64,000 nt of DNA from Podarcis tiliguerta (taxonomy: Eukaryota), in assembly GCA_965153285.1 (NCBI GenBank), contig OZ229112.1; one strand, given 5' to 3'. The notes under the pieces are model-generated. The model was not told where the DNA came from. It was given only the letters and a program-made list of their open reading frames with translations, and searched no databases. Shown in pieces: positions 1 to 14,400 of this stretch (positions within the stretch are counted from its first letter, which is position 1; each line of letters opens with the position of its first letter). A program made the position numbers and the translations under genes.

Positions 1-299
1 CTACATAAATGGCTTGCTTCTGTTTCAGCAAAATTCCTCTACTGCAGGACTGGGAGCTGAGAGACTGCCTCATTAGGAAGTCAGTGAGAAATGAGAAGTT
101 CCTCCCCCCACCCATGGCAGCATTTGAACTTACCCTGATTAGTGGAATTGCCAAAGTATACATAATCTTTGCTGGGTCACCTCCAGGGTCTAACCTCATG
201 TTTCTTTCCCATCAGCTACTCCCCTCCCTTCCTTTCCTGCCATGTAACTCACTCACTGGGCAGCATTGTTTAACTTAGGAATTTCTACTTATATCCACA

Positions 300-573
300 C
301 CCCTCGCTCCTGCTCCCCTCCCCTTTTTTATATCCCAGCTAAATTCCTCCTGCATGTCCCCTCGGGAACACGTAGGCCTGCTTAGTGCCCACCTCCACTT
401 CTCATCCAGATTATTAAAACGGCTCCAACCGTTGGTGTTTCTTCGCACACACAGACGCCTTTGCAGGAGGACAGAGAGCACTGACCCTGGGACCCTCTCA
501 CCCTTAAGTTGATGGGACCATAGGCAGAAAATTCAGCTGCTTAGGTGCCTAAGCACAAAAACCGGGTGGGGAA
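300..573 (+). promoter_or_regulatory. Likely upstream promoter/5' UTR region of COL9A1 (long form)
   Basis: Directly upstream of the exon 1 ATG; pyrimidine-rich with a TTTATAT element near 327; TSS cannot be determined from sequence. Confidence 0.4.
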
Positions 574-587
574 ATGCAGCACAACCG
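574..587 (+). CDS. COL9A1: COL9A1 exon 1, coding part (MQHNR)
   Basis: ATGCAGCACAACCG|gtaagt; 14 nt, phase 2, joins exon 2 in frame. Confidence 0.8.
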
Positions 588-3500
588 GTAAGTGATGTAC
601 TGCATATCTAACTGAGGGGCGCCACTGATAGAGGAGGAAAGAACAATTAATTGCATTTAAAATAGGCTTTGCTGCCCTCTGTGTCTTCCTTTTTTCTTCT
701 GACAGTTATATATGTAAGAACAGGTATCTGAGACAAATGCTAAGGCAACGTTTTGTTGTACTGTTGGGGGAAAAGACACAAACCTGAAATTTTGGAGCTT
801 TGCTTGCCATCTGTGCTAGCAAAGATTTAAGTCATGCTTTTATGCATTTTATATGCACGACTGTGAGATGAAAGTGGGTGACATTATTAGGCCGTGTGTG
901 TTCATGTTTAAGCTGTCTTTCTTTCCTTACAGGCAATACCAACTTTCCTGTTATTTGTTCTGTTTTCTTGGGTTTCTGGCATCCGCTACTGCTCAACAGC
1001 AGACAAGTAAGGCTCTATTTTATTACATGTAGTAAAGATGTTGGCAGTGAAAACAGTTCTACCGTACTCAGAGCCTTCTCCTGCAATCCTATATCTATTT
1101 ATACAAGAGCAAGTACCACTGAACTCAGTGGGGATTACTTTTGAGTAGACATATATAGGATTGCACTGTAACAAATTGAGCAATGGGATTAGATTCTTAT
1201 GTGTGTGTGATAAATGTGGGTATGTAAATGAGAAAGAAAGGCAGCTTGAATTTTTGGAAAACAGTGCCTTTTGATATCTGGCATTTAAACCTATCTCTTA
1301 CATTTAGCATTTTAAAAAATGCAACGTAAAGGAAACAGAGTAAACGTTATTATATTCTTAAAATTACACGTTTATAAATTAGCATGGTGGTGAATTTTAT
1401 TGGATCCACATTTTCTGAATGTGAATTGGATTGCGTTGTACAGAACAACTTGAGGAAGAGTTCTGTATAGCCCAAAAGCAGGAGCACTCATCCAATGCAG
1501 GCTCAATAAAAAATGCAACCTCAGTAGAACAGGCACACTTAAGCCTGTTAATAATGACAAAGAATCTTGTGACTCCTCAAAGATTAACAAATTTTATTAT
1601 GATGTAAGTGGCTAACAAACATTTTCCTTTGTAAATTTCATTCCTTGGGACCAACATATCTCCAGCTGTCTATTAAGAAGACATGTTGGATATGGACAAT
1701 AAATACTAATTAGCAAAATGAAATCCCTAAAAGAATAGCAAGCTCCGCTCTTGGGGAAGAAGAGGCAACAGATTTTGCATGTTCCATTTTCTAGGCTTGT
1801 AAAATGGAAATCTACATCTAAGTGTCAGTTCTTGAAATAGACCAGACGCTCTCTGTATTCTGGAAAGGTGTCTCTTTTCAAACTGTGTAAGCCTTTCTTC
1901 CAGCCTCCAGTGACATTTTCCATCTTGGCTTGAAATATTGCATAGGTAGAATCCCTAAAGCTACCGTAAACCAATGTTTAAGTTTCCTTTTTGGTTCTTT
2001 AGGGAGGGGTTTAGGGTGTCGCATGAATGGGCTGGGATGTGTGCTCACAGAGAGGGGGTGTTTCAAACAGTGAAATGGCTACTTGGTCATGCAAAGAGGC
2101 TTTTTAAAAAAGGTCTTCTTCAGAACTCCCTCCCAGCTCTTGCTCTCACCTTACAGGGCTTGTTGTGTGATCAAACATGGGAGAGGAAAGAGTGGGAACA
2201 TCTGAAATATCAAAGAGGGAGGGAAGGAAGCCAAGAGCTTGGAGTCCCAACTGCTGGTTTTGCTGGAGCAGAGTTGGCACTGGCTTTCTTTGAATTATAT
2301 ATAGGTGTTGACTTAGCTAACTAGCTAGCTACAACTTTTTCATGGTTGTCCAAACCACAAATAGCTCTGCACTGTAGAACTCTTTATATTGCAAACCCAT
2401 GTCAGAGACGGCAGAGGCTCTTCAGAAATGGCAGGGAAGGGAAGGGGTGTCCTCTACTGCTCTCTGTTTTATACATTTCCCAAGAAATCTAACACAATTA
2501 TCTACCATAATCTGGCCGTTGTGGATGTGATGACAGTCTCAGACAGTCTCACCATTAGCTTTAATTGCTCCAGTTTGGCCCTTTTTTCCTCCTGTGACTT
2601 TTCATTAATTATGTTTCCTCTGGAGCCTTTTGCACCCCAACCCTAAATGAAATAAGTTTGGAAGTAAATACTATTAATTTCTATGAAGTTAAAATCCAAG
2701 GATATGACTCAATGTCCAAGGCTATTCAACAGCCTGAAGGTTGGTTTTGGGTTTTGTAAGCTAATGGGTTTTAATTGTTGTTTTGGAATGTAACCTGCAG
2801 TGGGACCATCACAGGAAGGTTAGGCTGATAAACTGATAAATTAAATAATGGACATAGATGCCTGTGTCTGGTGTTTCTTGCAGGATTTCCACTTACATTC
2901 AATTCCAACACAAAGACTGACCTCTGCCCACCAACTCGGTTTCGCCAAGATGATCTACCAGGCAAGTATACACTAATGATGTCTTCCAAATAAATTGTTT
3001 CAGACCTTCTTTTTGAAAACTGCATCCTTGCAGACGTAGCTATCTGTCTATTATCTTGCTTCCTTGTGTCAATTGGTATGTCCAAGATTTCTCACCACAT
3101 TATTAAAAACAAGCTACATAAAAACCAAACATTTTAATTTAATTTGAAACAGGTTTGTTTTTTTTTAAATGAGTTAAAACAGCAGGGGAGTGCATATCAA
3201 AAGAGAGACCAAAGGGAAAACTCAGGCTAGGTTTTCAAGCTACATGATTGCTCAATGGAAGATTTTTTAAAATGTGCATATTTGTTCCTTTAGGATATGA
3301 CCTGATTTCACAGTTCCAACTTGATAAAGCTGCTTCCAGAGGCATCATCCAGCGTGTGGTGGGCTCCACAGCTTTACAAGTGGCTTACAAGTTAAGCACA
3401 AATGTAGACTTCAGGATCCCAACTAGGTAATCTATACTGTTGCTTTCATTACTTGTTTTTAAATCTATGGTTTAAATGCACAACTCTCCCTTTACTTAGC

Positions 3501-6500
3501 GGGGCAAAGTACCTTGCAAGATATAAATTGTGCCCTCCATCCCACAAATTAATTCCCTCTTTTGCTTCTGGGTGAAGCTACCCAAATTTATTGTGTACAC
3601 CAGCTGTTTGCGTTGTGATGCATGCAAATAGCATCTGAATTCAGAGTGAAGTGCTTGTGCAACTACTCTACATGCTGCGTTCTTTCCCAGTTGAGCCTTT
3701 CTGTTGTTTCCAGAGATTACCGAGAGTTAGTTCATATATGAATATTCATCAACTGAAGCCCACAGTATCAAGTCCCAACTTCCATGTGTGAAATAGCCCT
3801 CGTGGCCAGACAGACAGGGTCATATCGCCCCATGCTGCCTCTAGCACAATAATTCCCAGTCAAGGAGCTTCACACATTCAGCTGCAAGTAACTGAGTGGT
3901 AATTCTCTGAGTGACGAGATGTAGAGTACAGTACCTTACTATTTCATAAGAAAGGTACTAACTTTTATGGGGAATATCTTACACTTTTTTTTGTACAGAC
4001 ATCTGACAGGGTCACCCAAGCAAGCATTGCCCTGCAGCTTCTCCACCGCTATTAAAACAGCAAAAGAAAAGAGACTACTGAATATGCATTTTCACTTACG
4101 CACTTAAACTAAATTCACTCCAGCCCCACCATTGATATTGCACAGATTTGCAACTGCTTCTCAAGTACCCAACACACGTGATTGTGTGAACCGGTCAGTT
4201 GAAATCGGCAATATTCACAAATTAAAAAGAGACCCAACACTGTTTTCACAGACTTCAGTAAGCCTGACGTTGGCAAACTCTCAACCGGCTACATTTGTCC
4301 TTGTTTTTCCAGCATTAAAAAAAATATAAAAAAATTAAAGAGAAATGATATGTTAGCATATAAAACAATTTATTAGGGCAAGATATATTCCCACCTTACA
4401 ATGTGGAACATGTTAGAATCTTAAAACATTTCTGCCACAATTAGAATCTTTTGTGAGCTAGGGGGAAGAATGTGGCATGGTGGCTTACCAAGGTGCAGCA
4501 CAGAAGATTATATTTACAGGCATCAATTCCAGGTTCCCAAATTAATAGTGGGTGTTTAATCTGTGAGCGAATTGCAGAGGCCACCTTAGATGAGGCTGTA
4601 GCATATTTTACGCAACTTGCCTAGCCTGACTGTGAGTAATACAGCCGTTCCAGAATCCTGCTAATAAAGCCGTTACACCTCAACGCCCTACACTATCGTT
4701 TATTCATATATGAAGCATGTAATTATTTTTAATATTAGTCTGGAGCACAACAGCAGCCAGCTATTATGCAGGAAATGGGCTAGCTTTCCTGTAATTTGTC
4801 TGGGTATGGTTGAAAGGACTCACTGTCTTTCCTTAAAGAATGCAGCAGTTTAAAGCAGGGATTGAATCGCGTGCCACCTGGTGGCTTCAAGCAGTTGCAG
4901 CGGTGCTGTTCACCAAAACCGGTGCTGAAAGAGCCACTCAGGGTTATTCTTCTGTTACAGATTTGCGTATAGGATGAAGCACATTGGTTTTGCAGTGCAT
5001 TCCTCTATATATGCTATCCATTCTTAGCTTTGTTGTTATGGGCAGGGGCCACAGTCCTTCAGTGTTGTTAGTCCTACCTACCCACTCCCCCCAAAAAGTT
5101 CAAACTCATTGTTGGTATTACATTGGGAATTGGATATCATGAACTAAAAGTCTAAGCTCAAGGGTGCCACAGAGCAAAGCAGGTGTGACAGCTTTGTCTC
5201 AAACATATCAGATGGAGTACTAGACTATTTACAAGTGTTTTGTCATAAAAGGATCACTTTAAGAAGCTATACCTACCTAAGAAGCTATGACATATTTTGT
5301 TTCTATAAGTACCTTCTATTTTACTGGTTGGCAACCCTGCATTAATACGTTTTGTTTTATATCTGTGATGGGTGTATGGGATTTCCATCCACACCCCACC
5401 CCATTTTTTAGATTTGCCATAGTCTCTCAACAGGTAAAGCAGGATTGGAGGTGATCTGCTGAGTTAAAAGAGGACCGCGGGTGCTGTCAGTGCGGTGAAG
5501 GTCAGAGTGGTTGAACTATGCATCTGTTCAAGCCCAGTGACATCATTTCCCCTATCATCACTTCCTCTTCTTTTGCTAGGAGGAAGACCGAAGTGTGTGT
5601 GTGTGTGTGTGTGTTTAATGAGTTCTGAGAAGCACATGTAGCTCAGCAGTAGCTGGGAGGACACCATGTTGTCAACCCTGGTGTTACTTTTCATTTATTG
5701 CTAAAATCAACACCAAATACTCATAACAAATTTGGATGCTTTTCATCTTTTTTGAGTCAGTGGTGAGATCCTTTCTTTGTAATCATGTTCACAATAAGGA
5801 ACATTGCATTAGATACAAAGATAAAAAGCATTAAGGCTGAAATCCTATGCATACTTAACCTGGTAGTAAAGACTGAAATCACTGGGTGATGATTTGTAGG
5901 ACTGGGCTGTGTAAGCATATAGTAATATATTCCCTGCTGTGCAATGAAGAGGCTGCACCTCTCAAACCCAGAGAGCCATATATAACAATACTATCTTGGT
6001 TTGGGTTTTATGCTATGAGTTTTTAAGTATAAAAGGAAAAGCTAAAGGAGCTCTGCTTATCCTCTGAATGTACAGACAGCAAGAGCAGAGTGATGTTGCT
6101 CAGATTATTTAGTACTTGAGGTCTTGGCTGTCGGTAGATATTTCCTCCCAGGGTGGAAAGGCAGTGCCAGATGTTGAATAGCTGATCATGCAACAGCAAT
6201 AGGGATGCATCCGCTGGTTCCTCTGTCAGCATGTCTTTTTGCTGCCTCATGGCATTATTGCAAGCAATTAACAATTTAAGAACACATAAGTTCAAGAAAC
6301 ACCTGTTTCCAGACTTCGGAAAACTGCTGAGGCATCACTGGGTCTGGATTTTCAAGATGCATATTTAAAACTGTTGAAATGCCACCTCACTTCTCTACCA
6401 CCTCTATAACAGATCCAGCAGCCTCTGCCATATTAGGATTACTGAGCATGTTAGGTTCCCCCACCCCAAGTGTGACTTTAGTGGAGATGGATAAAAAAAC

Positions 6501-8417
6501 AAAAATAGGACAAAAGGATTCAATGTGTCAAAGTGGACCTTATTTTTGGGGGGGGGGGGTGTTGGTCTTTGTGTTGTTCATAAAAGTAGATCATACCCCT
6601 CATGTGCCTCCATGGTTAATGAATTAAATACCCCCTCTTATGTATATCATTTAGATGGAATATTAGAAATATTCTAGCAAATATTTTAAAAATGTGTCTG
6701 CGACTGCAGCACCAGCTAAGCTATTTCCTCCACCCGAAGCATGCAAATTCTATATTGTTTGGCAAGGCTCCTTTAAGGGATGAAGGAAATTTCAGTGGTT
6801 CCTATTTGCATATCTCCAAGGAAACCTTGGAAACTAATGTAAGAATAAAAACGAAAGGATTATCAGTTTTGTTTCAGCAATTTTTCCTCTTCTCAGTGAA
6901 TGGCGCAAAGTGAATTCTTTATCACTGTTTCTCTTTCCCCCCAGCAATTCAATGTTCACTTTGAATTGCAATTATTTACCATCAATATTTTATTATTATT
7001 TATCCTATGTTTATTATTTATTTAACCCTCCCCTCCCCAAGGAGCGTAAGCTGATTGTCCTGTTTCATTGTTGGATTGCTTCCTTTTGGGCACTGTGTTA
7101 TAATAGCTACTGCTCAAGAGACCTCAGTTCATATCCTTACTCTGTTGTTATGTTCCCTACGTAGGTTTAGGCCAGACACTAAGCTACCTATATCACAGGA
7201 TAATTGTGAGGAATAGAGTAGTGGGATAATGTGCACTACTCTTGCAAGGAAGATGGGTTGTAAATGTAACAGTGTTTTACCAGAGTTTATCAGCTCATAT
7301 TTGCCACACTACCACAATGCTAATTAAAGTGATCTGAGAGCCAGCATTGTACAGGTAGATTGAGGATTCAAATTTTTTGAGGCTTTAAAGCCATTGATAA
7401 TGGTTCTGGAGACTTTATAGGCAGCAAATGTATACAATTTATGACAAGTCAGTCACATGATCCTTTCAGCATTGATGGCACTTGACCCAAGCTCACTCAG
7501 ATAGCATTTCCACCATGTAATAAACTGGCCTTAATTGTTGCTTTGAAACTGGGGAATATTTATGGTGGATTTAATAGGTCTATCATCATGGTTGTAAATA
7601 AAAATAATTGCTGTTGTTTAGCATCACCATCATTTAGCTTATGTCAGTCCTTTGAGTAATAGCATAAACACGTAATTAAATTAAATTAAATTAATTAAAA
7701 CAGGTAAGAAGGGAACAGGAAGTGGAAATGAACAGAAAAGGAACCAAAGCTGTAAAAGCATCTGGAGGTTTTTTTTACTATAAATACTACTACTACTACT
7801 AATAATAATAATAATAATAATAATTGGCTTCAATCAGTTTTTAAAGGTGAGGAAGGAAGAACAATATGAGAAAACAGTCAGTTCTTCACTTGACAGCTCT
7901 GCCATAGGCTATGTATTGTTAAAGCACATTCAGAATACACACACACCCCAAGAATCCTGGCAACTGTAATTTATCTCTCACAGCCCCACAGTTCCCAGCA
8001 CCCTTAACAACATGCAATTCCCAGGATAGTTTGAGGTGGGGAAAACAACGCTTTAAATATATGCTGTTTATGCAACTATAGTATGCACCATTTGTTGCCT
8101 GCTAACGTAACACATTATGGTCAAATATTCAAACAGCAAGTGGAGCCTGAGTGCAGATCCACCCAGCAAAGCTAAGACTGCAGGAGCAGGTCTCAAATAT
8201 AGTCAGGCAGGAACACTTCTCGGTAGTGGCACCTGCCCTGTGGAATGCCCTCCCACCAGATGTCAAAGAGAAAAATAACTACCAAACTTTTAGAAGACAC
8301 CTGAAGGCAGCCCTGTTTAGGGAAGCTTTTAATGTTTAATAGGTTATTGTATTTTAGTGTTTTGTTGGAAGCCGCCCAGAGTGGCTGGGGAAACCCAGCC
8401 AGATGGGTGGGGTATAA

Positions 8418-8463
<46 letters not shown>

Positions 8464-11400
8464 GATTTAATCATGTGTCCATGAATTCAGTAACGTAACT
8501 TTACTGGCAGCAAATGCATAGAAAGTTTTAAATGTGGTCACCGTTGCCTAAATAGGCTTGCTGTTGATCTGGATTGATTTGGTTTAGGTCACCTCACTGT
8601 TACTGGCTAAAAGGTCGTAAGCATGATGCCTTGTCTTGAGTTGTTTGTGACATAGGAAGAGCTAATATTTTTGAGTCACAATTCCTTTTACCAGCAGTAA
8701 AGAGCTGATGACTCAGACTGAGACAAAACTACTAGTGGGAGGATGCTGCCCTGAGGTGGTCAACTCTTATAAAATCATAGAATTGTAGAGTTGGAAGGTA
8801 CCATGAGGGTCATCTCATCCAACCCTTTGCAATGCAGGAATTTGTTGTCCAATGTGGGGCTCGAACCCTGAGATTACGGGTCTCATGCTCTACTGAATGA
8901 GTCATCTTTCCATTTTGACAGTTCATCCCAAGTGCTAAATCAGATAAGCAAATAAACAACAACATGCCTGCTTTACTTTGATCCTATACAGGTCTTTGTA
9001 TCCTAATGGATTACCTAATGAATATTCCATTCTAACGACTTTTCGAATGGCTGGAACTACTCTTCAGAAGTATTGGAGCGTTTGGCAGGTTCTAGACTCT
9101 TCTGGAAGAGAGCAAGTTGGATTGAAGTTTAATGGGCAAGCCAAGTCTCTTGAGTACTCATATAAAGGGATTGATGGAAGTCTCCAAACAGCAACGTTTC
9201 TGGATTTGCCGTATCTCTTTGATTCCCAGTGGCATAAGGTTATGGTTGGCATAGAAAGGAGTGCTGTCACTCTTTATGTTGACTGTACTCAGATCCAGAC
9301 TTTAGCCATAAAACCAAGAGGGAAGATCAACGTTGATGGCTTTACCACACTGGGAAAACTGAAAGATAATCCTCAAATTTCAGTTCCGGTAAGTTTTAAA
9401 CATTTACATTTACAAAGAAAGTACTTCCTTTAGCTTTCCTTTGACTTTTTCATGTGGCAGGGTGGGGGGATAGATGTAGGTTGGCATCACAATGTATATT
9501 TTTCAAATGGAGCAGGAAGATATGGCTCTGTGATTTTGATGATATAGGGAAGCATTATCTTTTAACAAGCTTTAAATTAGAAAACCTTATATATCTGGAA
9601 AGTTGCTTGTACTGATCCTTTAAGAACCCTGTAGATACTGGGGAAGGAGGGGGGGCAATTCTGAAAACAATAGATAATTTAATAAACCAGATTATAATGG
9701 ATTGTGGATTTAATGTTCTGCCAAAGAATTAAGTACAAGACTTACCTCAACTCATTACAAAACATAATTAAAAGCTACCAAACCTTTACACATTTGCAGT
9801 GAACGTGACCATCTTTAAACTTTATTATGATTAAGCAGCTTAAAAGAATTAATTGTGTTCTCGGTGACATTAAAAGTTCAATTGATTTATGTGGGGGTAT
9901 CCATTGAAAGTAATATTTATTATATTTGAGCTATAGTCCTGTTAATTTCAAAACCTCAGGATAGAAATGACATTATCTTGGCCTTCTTTCTGCAATGGTC
10001 ACCACAGAACATGACCACACATACAATCTCACAAGATAACATTTCATGGAATAAAATCACTACTTGGTTTTGAAATCCTGTAACTGCAGTAGGGCCAGAG
10101 GTTCGGAATCTTCAGATGTAATCAGACCTCCTTGCTTGTGACATCACAATGCAGAAACAATAATTGCTTTGCATGAGAAAACTGTTACTAAATTATTCTG
10201 ATCGTAGTAATTTTTGAAGTCCTTTCTTCTCTGTTCCTCTGCCAAGAAAGTTGGTATTCAGGAACCTCAGCTGTGACACTGTTTAATGAGCATATTTATT
10301 TTCAGAGAGGAATTGCGATTGGTGTGAAGTATGTAAGTAAGTGTGAAGTACCTACCGTCTATGACAGATAGAAAATAATTTGTACCATGAGGATGTGGAA
10401 ATACTTCTTTTGGATAATGAATCATGCTGCACTTTTATTTTAAAAAATAAGGTGTTTTGTTCCATAGAAAGCAAATAGAGGCATTAAAAGAATGCACACA
10501 TGTAAGGCCTTTTTATTTACTAATTCACCCCTATTTTACTAAATTTGAATTAATGATATTTTCTATCTTGTTTCTAGTACAGTGGTACCTCAGGTTACAT
10601 ACACTTCAGGTTACAGACTCCGCTAACGCAGAAATAGTACCTTGGGTTAAGAACTTTGCTTCAGGTTGAGAACAGAAATCGTGCTCCGGCAGCGTGGCAG
10701 CAGCAGGAGGCCCCATTAGCTAAAGTGGTGCTTCAGGTTAAGAACAGTTTCAGGTTAAGAACGGACCTCCGGAACGAATTAAGTACGTAACCAGAGGTAC
10801 CACTGTAATTGCAGTTGGGTCACATCCTATGTACAACAATGCCTTACTAGGAGCTAGGTGGATTCATCAGGGATCAACTGTGCATGAACATGCAATTGTG
10901 CAATTGTTCTTTCCCCTCTATCTCACCATTGTTGCTGTTTTTAATGGGAAGCAAGAAGAGCAAACAGAGGAAAGACTGCTCAACTTCCTACCTTTGGTCT
11001 GATCACTTCCGTAGGTAGTCAACAAATAACTTGCGGTGGCACTACAAGTGGTAGTAATTTTCTGTTCCCTTGAAGGAGTAAAATAAAATCTTAAAATGGT
11101 CCACTGTGTTCATGTCTGAAAGGAAGTGGAAGTTGGCCCACATTTGAATAAATTGTTTAAGAACAAACAAATATCAATATCAAGTTTAATGTAGATGACT
11201 GTGGTTATGTTGATCAATGAATAGGCAAAGCAATGGTCCTTTATTTCACTAACGTCACGTTAATGAAACAACAGCCAAGCATTTTACTTCACTGGTCTCA
11301 ATTGAATTCCACTTTAGATGCAACAGGGCTAATCGCTGTTTGATACTGTAGCTGAGTCAGAGCTGTTCACCAAGCAGAAGCAATCCGGTAATTTTTAGCT

Positions 11401-14400
11401 ATCCAGTGGTACCTCTGGTTACGAACTTAATTAGTTCCGGGGGTCCGTTCTTAACCTTAAACTGTTCTTAACCTGAGGTACCACTTTAGCTAATGGGGCC
11501 TCCTGCTGCTGTTGTGCCGCTGTCACACGATTTCTGTTCTCATCCTGAGGTAAAGTTCTTAACCCGAGGTACTACTTCCGGGTTAGTGGAGTCTGTAACC
11601 CGAGGTGTTTGTAACCCAAGGTACCACTGTATGTGTTGAACTGCCTGTTTTGTGCGGTTTGCCCATGACTCAGCTAAACTGTGCAGAGAGGTGAGATTGG
11701 GGGCGGGAGCACAAAGGGATCCAAAGAGCTTTCAGAGTGTCATGTCAGAATGCTGAGGAGTACAGTATCTGCTGCTGAAGGCCTCTTTTAGCTGTTGAAA
11801 AATTACAAGGCAAAACAGAGCCACATGGTTCTGTCTCAATTGAATTCCATTTTAGATGTACTAGGGCACAGTTCTGCTGCTGTAGCTTACAGCACCCACT
11901 TAGAATTGGGCTGCCTATCCTGTCTAAACTTATTTGCTCCATTAATATTCTTATTACCTGTCTGCAGATGAAGGAAATTGCTCTTGTGTTATTGCATTTT
12001 GATTAGACTCCTCCATGAATTGACCATAATGGGCCTAAACTGGCACGTAGCCGAGGACTTTGGCTTAAATGATTTGTTGGCTGCAGCAATTATTCTTCCC
12101 ACATGCTTCCAAAGGCTTTGCTCACTGCTGGCTGACAGCCTTTTGTTATATCCCCTCTGCCTTTTTGGAAGCATTAGTCTCTGTAGAGCTGTCCTTATTC
12201 ATTCTTTGAGGTTTGTAACAAGGGGATATTCACTCCAGGATAAATAGGTTGAGAGCTGCAGACATCACATCCTGGTTCATGAAATGCACCGACTACTCCA
12301 CTTGAAAACACTGACCTCCATTACACTGACCACAAGTCTTATTTACATAAAGGAAACTATCAGGTGGCTACATCTTTTGCTTATTGACAGTAGCATAAGA
12401 ACTGTGGACACCCTTGGATTCAGCCGAATCACCCACTAGATGGCAATATAACCAGTGATGCCTACAAGTTGATTACCTGCATAGGGAATTCAAATGATGG
12501 TTGAAAAAGTTTAATTTTCAGGTTCTAAGCATTAGGGATGGGGCGGGGGGGGGGAAGGTGCAAATCAGTATTTCTGTACATTGTGGTCTTTTCTGTAATG
12601 CATTACAGTAATATATCTGCATTTATATACACACATTACCATAGCATGTGCATTTTAAAAATACACGTTACTTAGCTGATGAACTGCATATATCCTTCAC
12701 CCAGTACCTGGGCTTCCTGGCATTAATTCCCACATTTCTATTAACTTCTGTTAAGATTTACATTGACACTTAGCTACAATTAATGCTAATCAGGACTTGC
12801 TGTTTCTAACTAGGTTAGAAACGTTTTGAAGTTGGTTTGCAGACTTTGGTTAAGGGTGTAAACCCTGGTTAGTGTTGTTGACATTGCTGAAGCAAACAGA
12901 AGATTCATGCCTGAGAGGAGAGGGGCCGGGGAGAAGGAGCACACGGTTTCGCACCCTGTACTTGAACCTTCCACCATAGTTAAGAGATGGGTTGTATTAT
13001 TTATACACTGGCCCACCAAATTATGCAAACCAGCTCATCAAAAGCATAGGTGTCAAGAGTAATTAAAAATAATAGTTAAAGGTAGCTTGGTTTGCAGATG
13101 ATTATAAAAATAATGGAATTAAGCAGATCCTAGGGATCATTAATAAATCCATGCTAAATTGCTTGTATCACATATTTATAATCTTATAATACCAGCATGA
13201 AAAGTCAGGGCACACATTCCCTTGGTTGTTTGCCTGTCTGGTGATTTCTGAGAACAAAGAGAGTTTCTTGGTAGATTTAATGATATAAAACTAACAGCTA
13301 GATGTAAACTAAAACCCTGATCTGAAACACACTTGGAAGTTTCTGTTCACTTCAATGGCAGGTCCAAGTAATTTGCAATCAGTTATGCATTTGAAATGTG
13401 CAGTAAGGATGTAAGAGAGATGATAACACTAGGAAAGCAAATGTACTCTAAATGCTGGAAACCTAGAAACTCCAGAATAGGCAGAGAAAATGAAACCATA
13501 ATCACTTATAAAGATTATAAGAGGCAGGAGATAATTTGTGAAATGCCCCAGAGAAATGCAAAAGCATATTTGGGAATAAAGGTGATTTTGCATATTATCT
13601 TAGAGGAGTTCAGACTTAAAAGTCTCATTGATTGTATGAATAATGTAGAAATAAGTTTGTACTAGTTAGAGAATATGGCAAAATACTATGGTTCTTAGAC
13701 TCAAATGGGTAAGGGCATTAGCTCAGCAACAGGCAGGTTTGAATATAGGAAATGAGATGACATGATGTATAGAAGAGGAAGTCAAGAAGTTATGGAAGGT
13801 TGTGCACAGAAAGATTTTAGGAACATAGATAATATCAACAAAATGATCCGTATTGGAAAAACACGGGTCAAAACAAGGAAATCATGGGTGCTGCAGGCTT
13901 ATACTTTGTCCCCAAAGCATTCAAGAAAAATAGATCTGTGATTCTCAGCTTTTCCTAGTGTTGTGACCTGATCTAATACAATATTTTCAAAAGAACTTGT
14001 AGAATCAGAAAAAGGGTGATTTAGCAACAGAAATGGCCCTTTCCTTGAAAAGGAATACTATGAGTTTGCATTGGAATATTCTTCTGAGTAGGTAGCACCA
14101 TACAACTGATGTACCATGCAGAAAATTACATTAATAGGTGAACCTGTTAATAGGTGAAAATGATCCCTCTGTGCTTTGGTTCAGCAGTTGACTCTGGTTT
14201 TCAGTCTGTAAATATTTCCCCCCACTAATATGCAAACTTTCAAATGTACCATTTGTAAAGGAACATTGCAAAAAAAACGTTTTAAGAGCATTGTAGTGTA
14301 CACAGGAGTCAAGTCTACATGATTCTGTATTCCTTTACAGTCTGTTCTTTTACCTCACTAGGACCACCCCCCTTAAATTCCAACTTTTGGAAGAAAAAGA

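Noticed and set aside
641-657. AACAAT SOX motif in intron 1
   Set aside because: A single short match with a poor partner site; expected by chance in AT-rich DNA
8193-8474. Poly-Ile ORF, and the IY-repeat ORF at 47445-47969
   Set aside because: Translations of LINE-tail microsatellites
10580-10805. CRISPR-like short repeats (caggttaagaac, caggttaca)
   Set aside because: Subterminal repeats of a eukaryotic MITE, with no regular repeat-spacer structure
13396-13900. Purine-rich 89-aa ORF, possibly a decayed LINE
   Set aside because: No motif I can identify with confidence; cannot be assigned without a search
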